Under the pieces are notes generated by a model. That model saw only the letters and a program-made list of their open reading frames with translations, was not told where the DNA came from and did not search any database. Below, piece after piece: positions 47,941 through 55,243 of a stretch of DNA of 64,000 nucleotides. Within the stretch, counting starts at the first letter, position 1; each line of letters begins with the position of its first letter. A program made the position numbers and the translations under genes. Source of the stretch: Clostridia bacterium (GTDB lineage: Bacteria; Bacillota; Clostridia; Oscillospirales; CAG-272); assembly GCA_017463765.1 (NCBI GenBank), contig JAFTON010000002.1, positions 206 through 64,205 on the forward strand. The letters are read 5' to 3'.

Positions 47941-48046
47941 CATTTTTATATCAGTCATTACCGGCTCGAACAGAGGAGGTAGTGAATGACAGTCCGGTGG
48001 ACTGTCAGAGCCGACGGCGACCAAGACGCGCAGTTCGCGTCGCGAC

Positions 48047-48067
48047 CGAGCCCCATCCGAGTCGCCA
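48047..48067 (+). repeat. 21-nt exact duplicate of the tRNA-Asp 3' end (T-loop to CCA)
   Basis: CGAGCCCCATCCGAGTCGCCA occurs at 47920-47940 (inside the tRNA) and again at 48047-48067. Confidence 0.85.
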
Positions 48068-48085
48068 TTTTAAAAATCAATACCT

Positions 48086-48161
48086 GCGGATTTAGCTCAT
48101 TTGGTAGAGCGCCACCTTGCCAAGGTGGAGGTGGCGGGTTCGAGCCCCGTAATCCGCTCCA
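48086..48161 (+). tRNA. tRNA-Gly (anticodon GCC)
   Basis: Acceptor GCGGATT/AATCCGC, anticodon loop TTGCCAA, T-arm GCGGG-TTCGAGC-CCCGT, encoded CCA. Confidence 0.9.
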
Positions 48162-48165
48162 AAAT

Positions 48166-48200
48166 AAAAACCGTACCCAAAGAGGTACGGTTTTTGTTTT
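48166..48200 (+). terminator. intrinsic terminator after tRNA-Gly
   Basis: AAAAACCGTACC-CAAAGA-GGTACGGTTTTTGTTTT. Confidence 0.8.
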
Positions 48201-48276
48201 GGACGGGAATGGGGCTTTCGTCGCACCAAAGCGACGATTAGCCCTTAAGTTTGCCTCGCAAACTTAACGTGTTGCT

Positions 48277-48343
48277 TCGCACCAAAGCGAAGCAACGCAG
48301 CGTAATACCGCTCTCAAGGACACTCCTTGTGGGTGTCCTTTTG
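48277..48343 (+). repeat. copy 1 of duplicated module (36-nt exact repeat plus AAGGACAC...GTGTCCTTTT hairpin)
   Basis: TCGCACCAAAGCGAAGCAACGCAGCGTAATACCGCT at 48277-48312 is identical to 48559-48594. It is followed by the hairpin AAGGACAC-loop-GTGTCCTTTTG. Confidence 0.8.
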
Positions 48344-48558
48344 TTTTGGACGGATAGGGGCGTCCACCCACCAAGAACCCTTTGGGTTCTGCGGATTCTC
48401 TCCCGTCTGCTTTTGTGTCGTCGCACTTCGCCTCGATTCGCTCGGCTCGTCCGACTCGCAACGCGAGACATCGCTTCACGAAAAATAGTTCTCAACTATT
48501 TTTCCCTCGCTCTCCCCGTAATCCGAGTGCCTCACCACAATGCTTGTTGGAGTTTTCA

Positions 48559-48665
48559 TCGCACCAAAGCGAAGCAACGCAGCGTAATACCGCTACAAAA
48601 AGTAATAGAAAGACTATTAATTTTATATAAATTATAGAAGGACACCCACGTAGGTGTCCTTTTTG
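48559..48665 (+). repeat. copy 2 of duplicated module, with an AT-rich 43-nt insertion before the hairpin
   Basis: 36-nt exact repeat at 48559-48594. Hairpin AAGGACACCC-ACGTA-GGTGTCCTTTTT at about 48638-48665. Confidence 0.8.
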
Positions 48666-48673
48666 GGTTATTA

Positions 48674-49846
48674 CTACGAAAGACTCTTCAGCGTTTCCAT
48701 TACGTAGTCGCCGAACTCGTGGCAGGTTGCGCCGGTGGGACGGCCGGTGATAACGAGCTTTTTCTCCTCAAAGGTACAGACGTCGAGGGCGCGTTCAAGT
48801 CTGTCGGCGCGATCCTGATATCCTATATGCGACAGGAGCATTACGCAGGCACGAAGCATCGAGCAGGGATCGGCATAAATGTCTCTGCCCTCCTTCACCA
48901 TTCTGGGTGCCGAGCCGTGAATTGCCTCAAACATGGCATACTTTTTACCGATATTGGCACAGCCTGCCGTACCTACGCCACCCTGAAATTCAGCAGCCTC
49001 ATCTGAAATAATATCGCCGTAGAGGTTTGGCAAAAGGAGAATCTGAAAATCTGCGCGACGCTTCTTATCCACCAGCTTTGCCGTCATAATATCAGCATAC
49101 CACTCATCTGTGGTGATCTCGGGATAAAGAGCAGCTACCTTATGACAATCCTCAAGGAAGTTGCCGTCGGTGGTCTTGATGATATTCGCTTTTGTAACAA
49201 GCGACACACGGGTGCGACCGTTCTTTCTCGCATAGTCATAGGCAATTCTGGCAATTCTGTCCGAGCCCTGCCTTGTGGTGATGGTGAAATCAACAGCAAG
49301 ATCCTCCGTTACGTTAAAGCCCGACGATCCAACGGCATATCCACCCTCGGTATTCTCACGGAAGATGCACCAATTTATACCCTCCTCGGGAACTTTTACG
49401 GGTCTGATATTTGCAAAAAGATCCAGCGCCTTACGCATAGCCACGTTTGCAGACTCGATATTCGGCATACCATCACCCTTCTGTGGCGTGGTGGTGGGAC
49501 CCTTCAGAATTACATCACACGCCTTCAGCTCTGCCATAACGTCATCGGGAATAGCCTTGCCACAAGCGATACGGTTTTCAATGGTAAGTCCATCTATTAC
49601 GCGAAACTCAACCTTGCCACTCGAAACAAGATCAGAAAGCATAAATTCAAGCACTCGCGCTGCTTCTTTCGTAATGATCGGGCCAATACCGTCACCACCA
49701 CACACACCGATTTTTATTGTATCGAGTGATGAGTAGTCGGTAAAGTCTCCCTGTGCCTTCATATCCTCAACTCTTTGAAGCTGCTTTTCAAGAATTGCCC
49801 TGAATTTTTCACACGCTTCATCAAGATTTTTTGTATAATCAATCAT
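48674..49846 (-). CDS. isocitrate dehydrogenase (isocitrate/isopropylmalate dehydrogenase family)
   Basis: 390 aa. NLYGDIISDEAA and IHGSAP motifs. Operon context with aconitase and a citrate synthase-like enzyme. Confidence 0.8.
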   Translation of the reverse strand: MIDYTKNLDEACEKFRAILEKQLQRVEDMKAQGDFTDYSSLDTIKIGVCGGDGIGPIITKEAARVLEFMLSDLVSSGKVEFRVIDGLTIENRIACGKAIPDDVMAELKACDVILKGPTTTPQKGDGMPNIESANVAMRKALDLFANIRPVKVPEEGINWCIFRENTEGGYAVGSSGFNVTEDLAVDFTITTRQGSDRIARIAYDYARKNGRTRVSLVTKANIIKTTDGNFLEDCHKVAALYPEITTDEWYADIMTAKLVDKKRRADFQILLLPNLYGDIISDEAAEFQGGVGTAGCANIGKKYAMFEAIHGSAPRMVKEGRDIYADPCSMLRACVMLLSHIGYQDRADRLERALDVCTFEEKKLVITGRPTGATCHEFGDYVMETLKSLS

Positions 49847-49867
49847 TTTTGTAAACCTCGCTTTACA

Positions 49868-51799
49868 TTATCCTTTGTTTTTAGTATAATTCAGCATTCC
49901 TCCTGCAAGAAGGATCTCTCGCTGTCTATCGGAAAGATTAAGCAGGAGTGGAATCTTTTCATCACGCTCACCAACCGTGAGATAAGCTAACTTCTCACCA
50001 TTTATTGCCTCACGGAAGCCGATTATGCTTACTCTGTCACCCTGCATAAGCCTTTCATAGTCATCTTCATTTTGAAGAAGGAGTGGAACAATGCCGAAAT
50101 TAATAAGATTTGCAACGTGGATACGGGCAAAGCTTTTTGCAATAACTGCCCTGACACCCAGATAAAGTGGAACAAGAGCTGCATGCTCACGTGAGGAGCC
50201 CTGGCCGTAGTTATGTCCACCGAGAATTATTCCACCGTCACTCGCCTTCGCTCTCTCGGGGAAGGTGGGATCACACACGGTAAAGCAGAACTCTGAAAGC
50301 TTAGGCACGTTGGAACGGTAGGGCAGAATTTTTGCTCCCGCAGGCATGATATGGTCGGTGGTTATATTGTCGCCGACCTTAAGGATCAGGTTGCATTCAA
50401 GCTCCTCATCAGGAGCTTTTCCTTTAGGAATAGGCTTAATATTGGGGCCTCGCTCAACCGTCACATCCCCTGCATACTCCACCGATGCAGGAAGCTCAAT
50501 AAGATTATCGTTTACCGTAAAGCTTTCCGGAATAACGATTTTTGGCGCAACGCCAAGCGAGGTGGGGTCTGTAAACACGCCCGAGATAGCAGAGGCTGCT
50601 GCAGTTTCCGGTGAAACAAGATAAACTCCCGCATCGGCAGTGCCTGAGCGAGCAAGAAAGTTTCGATTAAAGGTTCGAAGGCTGATTCCCTTCGATTTTG
50701 GAGAAAATCCCATACCTATACAAGGTCCACAGGCGCATTCAAGAATCCTTGCCCCCGCTGCAATAAGATCAGCAAGAGCACCACACTCAGCAAGCATAGT
50801 ATAAACCTGCTTTGAACCGGGCGAGATAGACAGTGATACATCAGGATGAACCGTCTTGCCCTTAAGAATTGCTGCCACGGTAAGCATATCCGAAAGAGAT
50901 GAGTTGGTACAGGAGCCGATACAAACCTGGTCTATCTTCATTCCCGATAGAGAGGAAACAGCCTTTACGTTATCCGGACTGTGAGGACAGGCTGCAAGAG
51001 GCTTAAGCATAGAAAGATCAATGGTATACTCTGCGTCATATTCGGCATCCGGGTCGGGATAAAGCTCTGTAAAATCAGACTCCCTGCCCTGCGCACGAAG
51101 AAAGGCAAGAGTATTTTCATCCGACGGGAACACCGAGCTTGTTGCGCCAAGCTCTGCTCCCATATTTGTTATCGTTGCTCTCTGTGGCACGCTGAGTGTC
51201 TTTACACCCTCGCCACCATATTCAATAACCGAGCCAACGCCCCCCTTTACTCCGAGGAGGCGAAGCACCTCTAAAATAACGTCCTTTGCCGACACGTAAT
51301 CGGGAAGCGAGCCTACCAGATTAATCCTGATAACCCGAGGCATTGTAATATAATAAGCGCCACCACCCATGGCAACGGCAACGTCAAGTCCACCTGCTCC
51401 GATACCAAGCATACCGATGCCTCCTGCAGTGGGTGTATGACTGTCAGAGCCGATCAGGGTTTTGCCGGGTATACCAAAGCGTTCAAGGTGCACCTGATGG
51501 CATATTCCGTTACCGGGTCTTGAAAAACGGATGCCGTGTTTTTTTGCAACCGTCTGAATGTATCTGTGATCGTCGGCATTCTCAAATCCGGACTGAAGCG
51601 TATTGTGGTCTATATATGCCACCGATAGCTCTGTCTTTACCCTGTCTATCTCCATCGCCTCGAGCTGAAGATATGCCATTGTACCCGTAGCATCCTGGGT
51701 CAAGGTCTGATCGATACGCAGGGCAATCTCCTCGCCCTTCTTCATCTCACCCGAAACAAGATGATTTTTTATTATTTTTTCTACTATTGTGTATCCCAT
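49868..51799 (-). CDS. aconitate hydratase
   Basis: Start MGYTIVEKII. GSDSHT and IGSCTN cluster ligand motifs. Swivel domain GGHNYGQGSSREHAA. Confidence 0.9.
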   Translation of the reverse strand: MGYTIVEKIIKNHLVSGEMKKGEEIALRIDQTLTQDATGTMAYLQLEAMEIDRVKTELSVAYIDHNTLQSGFENADDHRYIQTVAKKHGIRFSRPGNGICHQVHLERFGIPGKTLIGSDSHTPTAGGIGMLGIGAGGLDVAVAMGGGAYYITMPRVIRINLVGSLPDYVSAKDVILEVLRLLGVKGGVGSVIEYGGEGVKTLSVPQRATITNMGAELGATSSVFPSDENTLAFLRAQGRESDFTELYPDPDAEYDAEYTIDLSMLKPLAACPHSPDNVKAVSSLSGMKIDQVCIGSCTNSSLSDMLTVAAILKGKTVHPDVSLSISPGSKQVYTMLAECGALADLIAAGARILECACGPCIGMGFSPKSKGISLRTFNRNFLARSGTADAGVYLVSPETAAASAISGVFTDPTSLGVAPKIVIPESFTVNDNLIELPASVEYAGDVTVERGPNIKPIPKGKAPDEELECNLILKVGDNITTDHIMPAGAKILPYRSNVPKLSEFCFTVCDPTFPERAKASDGGIILGGHNYGQGSSREHAALVPLYLGVRAVIAKSFARIHVANLINFGIVPLLLQNEDDYERLMQGDRVSIIGFREAINGEKLAYLTVGERDEKIPLLLNLSDRQREILLAGGMLNYTKNKG

Positions 51800-51809
51800 T
51801 TTATATCTC

Positions 51810-52463
51810 CTAAATGTCGCTGACCGCAAGAAGATTATTTAACGCTGCCTCAATGTGTGACGAGGTAAGTCTGTCTGCCTCTTCTGCATCACCACGTTCT
51901 ATAGCGGCTAGAATCTCCTTATGCTCTGCAGCAGATTTTTCAAGTCTATCTACCACAGCAAGCGAACGTTTTCTATAAAAATGAATGTTTCTGTGTAGCT
52001 CAGAAAGTGTTTTGCACAGCAGTCGATTCCCCGAAGCGTAATAAATTATACTATGAAACTCCGAGTCAAGCTCTTTAAGATGATCGGCATCACGCTTTTC
52101 AATATAAAAATCGGCAAGATCTAACGTATCGTGAAGTCTTTTTATATCCTCGGTGGTAATTCTCCTTGCTGCCTCGGCAGAGGCAAGTCCCTCAAGTCGC
52201 ATTCTGATTTTGTAAATATCAATAAGCTCCTCACGACCTATACCCATAACAATCGCACCACGATTTGGATAAATCTCAATAAGTCCCTCCTCGGCAAGGC
52301 GGTGTAGCGCACCGCGAAGAGGCGTTCTGCTTACACCAAGTCTTTGGGACAGGGCGTTTTCTGTAAGCGTTTCTCCTCGCTTAAGCTTACCCGATAATAT
52401 TTCATCCTCAAGTGTCAAAAAAACCCTTTCCTCAAGAGATTTTGCATTTTTGTCAACTATCAT
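51810..52463 (-). CDS. GntR-family (FadR/FCD-type) transcriptional regulator
   Basis: N-terminal wHTH LTENALSQRLGVSRTPLRGALHRLAEEGLI. All-helical C-terminal domain. Confidence 0.85.
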   Translation of the reverse strand: MIVDKNAKSLEERVFLTLEDEILSGKLKRGETLTENALSQRLGVSRTPLRGALHRLAEEGLIEIYPNRGAIVMGIGREELIDIYKIRMRLEGLASAEAARRITTEDIKRLHDTLDLADFYIEKRDADHLKELDSEFHSIIYYASGNRLLCKTLSELHRNIHFYRKRSLAVVDRLEKSAAEHKEILAAIERGDAEEADRLTSSHIEAALNNLLAVSDI

Positions 52464-53840
52464 TTACTTATTCTCCTTATAATCAGGATAGAATCTATTG
52501 ATTATTTCCATAAGCTCCTCATTACCCATAAGGGTTGTTCTGCCATCCTCATAAAGCTTATCTATCTCCTCCTTAACCTTAATAACAAGGGGGGATTGCT
52601 TTGTCAACGCATCATCACCCAAAAGATCAAGGTGCTTATTTATCCAATAAGCGATACCCGCAGTACCAGAGGTGTTTGAAATTGCGACCTCAGCCTGGCG
52701 ATTAAGAATCTTCTCGGTGTCGAAAATATTATAAATCTCGGTATCCTTCATAATTCCATCAGCGTGAATACCCGCGCGAGTAAGATTGAAGGCAGATCCA
52801 ACGAAGGGAGTCATAGGTGGGATTTTATAATTCAGCTCGCGCTCAAAATACTCTGCAATCTCGGTAATAACGGTTGTATCCATTCCATCTGTTGTTCCGC
52901 GAATGGCGGCGTATTCCATAACCATAGCTTCAAGTGGAATATTTCCTGTTCTCTCACCTATACCGAGAAGAGAGCAGTTTACACCGGATGCACCGTAGAG
53001 CCAAGCGTTTACCGCATTTGTAACACCGTGATAAAAATCATTGTGACCGTGCCACTCCAGCATATCCGAGGAAACGTCGGCATAATGGTGCAGACCATAA
53101 ACTATACCTGGTACACTTCTCGGCAGAGCAACGCCGGGATAGGAAACGCCATAGCCCAAAGTGTCGCACATTCTTATTTTTACAGGAATGCCTGCCTCGT
53201 CAGAAAGCTCGTGCAGAGCGTTTACAAAGGGAACAACAAAGCCGTAAAAATCGGCACGTGTAATATCCTCAAGGTGACATCTCGGACGAATACCAGCATC
53301 AAAGGCACGCTTAACTACGCCAAGATAATGATCCATAGCCTCACCACGGGAAAGACCAAGCTTTTTGAAAATATGATAGTCCGAGCAGGAGACAAGTATA
53401 CCCGTCTCCTTAATGCCAAGATCGTGAACCAGCATAAAGTCCTCTTTCTTAGCTCTGATCCAGGTTGTTACCTCGGGAAACTTATAGCCGAGATCCATAC
53501 AGCGAAGCAGCGCTTCCCTATCCTTCTTGGTATAAACGAAGAACTCAGACTGACGAATAACTCCCTTCGGGCCACCAAGTCGATGAAGCATCTTATACAT
53601 CTCTACTATCTGATCTGCCGTATATGGCGCGCGCGACTGCTGACCGTCACGGAAGGTGGTATCGGTAATCCATATCTCCTCCGGCATACAGAGAGGCACG
53701 CGACGGTGGTTGAAGGCAACCTTAGGAATCTCGTCATATGGGTAAATCTCACGGTAAAGGTTAGGCTCGTCAACGTCCTGAAGCGAGTATTTATACTGGG
53801 ACTGCTCAAGCAGGTTCGTGTGTCTGTTCTTATCAAGCAT
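52464..53840 (-). CDS. homocitrate/2-isopropylmalate synthase-family enzyme, probable Re-citrate synthase
   Basis: DRE-TIM motifs ITDTTFRDGQQ and WHGHNDF. First gene of an operon with aconitase and IDH, as in the clostridial Re-citrate synthase context. Confidence 0.75.
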   Translation of the reverse strand: MLDKNRHTNLLEQSQYKYSLQDVDEPNLYREIYPYDEIPKVAFNHRRVPLCMPEEIWITDTTFRDGQQSRAPYTADQIVEMYKMLHRLGGPKGVIRQSEFFVYTKKDREALLRCMDLGYKFPEVTTWIRAKKEDFMLVHDLGIKETGILVSCSDYHIFKKLGLSRGEAMDHYLGVVKRAFDAGIRPRCHLEDITRADFYGFVVPFVNALHELSDEAGIPVKIRMCDTLGYGVSYPGVALPRSVPGIVYGLHHYADVSSDMLEWHGHNDFYHGVTNAVNAWLYGASGVNCSLLGIGERTGNIPLEAMVMEYAAIRGTTDGMDTTVITEIAEYFERELNYKIPPMTPFVGSAFNLTRAGIHADGIMKDTEIYNIFDTEKILNRQAEVAISNTSGTAGIAYWINKHLDLLGDDALTKQSPLVIKVKEEIDKLYEDGRTTLMGNEELMEIINRFYPDYKENK

Positions 53841-53868
53841 CTTGTGGCTTTCCTTTCGAAAATAGATT

Positions 53869-53886
53869 TTGTATACTTGTATACAA
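53869..53886 (-). promoter_or_regulatory. GntR-type operator candidate
   Basis: TTGTATAC-TTGTATACAA (the palindrome TTGTATACAA fits the GT-N-AC GntR pattern). Lies just downstream of the -10 of the promoter at 53902-53930. Confidence 0.5.
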
Positions 53887-53901
53887 TCTGATTATGAGTA
53901 T

Positions 53902-53930
53902 ATTATAGTATATGTTTATTGATTTGTCAA
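53902..53930 (-). promoter_or_regulatory. consensus sigma-A promoter of the citrate synthase-like operon
   Basis: Minus strand TTGACA-17 nt-TATAAT. Confidence 0.65.
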
Positions 53931-54043
53931 TAGTTATTTTTGTTATTCTGCTTTTAATGGAAGCATTGGTCTGCTCGAAGGATCGACTATAATTAAACAA
54001 AAAAAAGAGCCCGAAACCGAGCTCTTTTGCTATAAATAAAACT

Positions 54044-54883
54044 TTATCTTATTTCATCCCAGAAATCCTTTGTATCTGCCGATACGCCAAGAATAAACAT
54101 AGAGTAATCTTCGTTTATGGAGTAATAAATGTGACATTTGTTTTGTTTTATGTTGAAAAATTCTGGATAATATACCATAGTGGTATAAAGATACGCCCTT
54201 GCATTTTCACCCTCGGTCACGTAAAGCTGATAAACCGTAGAATAATCCTCCGATGCAAAAACGTACGTAGTGCTTTTCAAGTATAATCCCTCGTCATTAC
54301 TTTCACTTACATATTCATCTATAGCAGTATATCCCTTATTTTCTATTGATTTGAGAATATTATCCTTTGTTTTATCCGTATCTCTACGAGCGATACGCCA
54401 ATGTCGATTATTCTTCTGAAGATTAATCTGCTCTTCGGATATGCCGATTTCCTTTGCAAATTCAATAATTTTTCGGTTATTTTCCTCGCTCAATCCGAAA
54501 ATGACAGCGTTATCAATACGAATAGCCACAACGTAAGGGTTGTCAACCTTTATAAATGCATATTCTTCCTTAATATAACAGTGAGCTATCTTAGCGTCAT
54601 CTATACTCTCAAAAATACCAATCAGAAAACCCGTTTCGTCGGCATACTCTATAAAATATCCTGCCTCAGGTATTATTTCACCAAATAAATTATACCCATT
54701 GGATGGTAACGGTTCCACGGCTCCACCATTGCTTTCAACTCTCGCACTATACTCCTCAATATCAAAACCAACGCCGTCGTATTCGGCAAAATTCGACCAG
54801 GTTTCCTGCATCGGCCCTGCACTACAGCCGAAAAGAGAAAGTAATATTACCGAAATCAACAAAAGGCAAATTGTTTTTTTCAT
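54044..54883 (-). CDS. hypothetical lipoprotein (AT-rich gene)
   Basis: Lipobox LFGCSA. 279 aa. No motif recognised. Confidence 0.6.
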   Translation of the reverse strand: MKKTICLLLISVILLSLFGCSAGPMQETWSNFAEYDGVGFDIEEYSARVESNGGAVEPLPSNGYNLFGEIIPEAGYFIEYADETGFLIGIFESIDDAKIAHCYIKEEYAFIKVDNPYVVAIRIDNAVIFGLSEENNRKIIEFAKEIGISEEQINLQKNNRHWRIARRDTDKTKDNILKSIENKGYTAIDEYVSESNDEGLYLKSTTYVFASEDYSTVYQLYVTEGENARAYLYTTMVYYPEFFNIKQNKCHIYYSINEDYSMFILGVSADTKDFWDEIR

Positions 54884-55010
54884 GTTTTTCTCCCTTCAAA
54901 AAATGTTATTGCTATTACTATATATAGTATAAATCATTTATTTTTCGTTGTCAAGTGGATACAAAAAGACAGGCAAAGCGCTCGGTCTTTTCACAGTTAT
55001 TTTTTCATAT

Positions 55011-55240
55011 GCTCGCTTTTGGGATAGGGAAAATTGAGATAAAAAGGCCGCTTGCGACCCGAAGCTGTAGATAACTACTGCGAGTGGGAGCGAACGACTA
55101 TTTTAGCTATTTTTCACATTTCAAGAGCTCGCTTTTGGGATAGGGAAAATTTGGATAAAAAGGCCGCTTGCGACCCGAAGCTGTAGAAAACTACTGCGAG
55201 TGGGAGCAAACGGTCTTTTTAGCCAATTTTAACATTCCAA
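55011..55240. repeat. intergenic repeat family, locus B (two full tandem copies, period 116 bp)
   Basis: Units start at 55011 and 55127 (GCTCGCTTTTGGGATAGGGAAAATT...). Each contains TTGCGACCCGAAGCTGTAG-loop-CTACTGCGAGTGGGAGC. Confidence 0.85.
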
Positions 55241-55243
55241 AAG

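Noticed and set aside
47963-48067. Tested whether the segment ending in the duplicated tRNA-Asp 3' end is itself a long-arm tRNA (tRNA-Sec-like) or tRNA pseudogene.
   Set aside because: A 6/7 acceptor match (GGCTCGA) exists. However, there is no D-arm, the CTGTCAG loop has no closing anticodon stem, and the T-stem 5' strand is absent. Only the last 21 nt are tRNA-derived.
47913-48637. Several 60-128-aa ORFs on both strands across the tRNA genes and the downstream hairpin tract.
   Set aside because: They overlap tRNA genes and repeated hairpins, are Arg/Ser/Pro-rich, and repeat peptide strings only because the DNA is repeated. No RBS or sensible starts are present.
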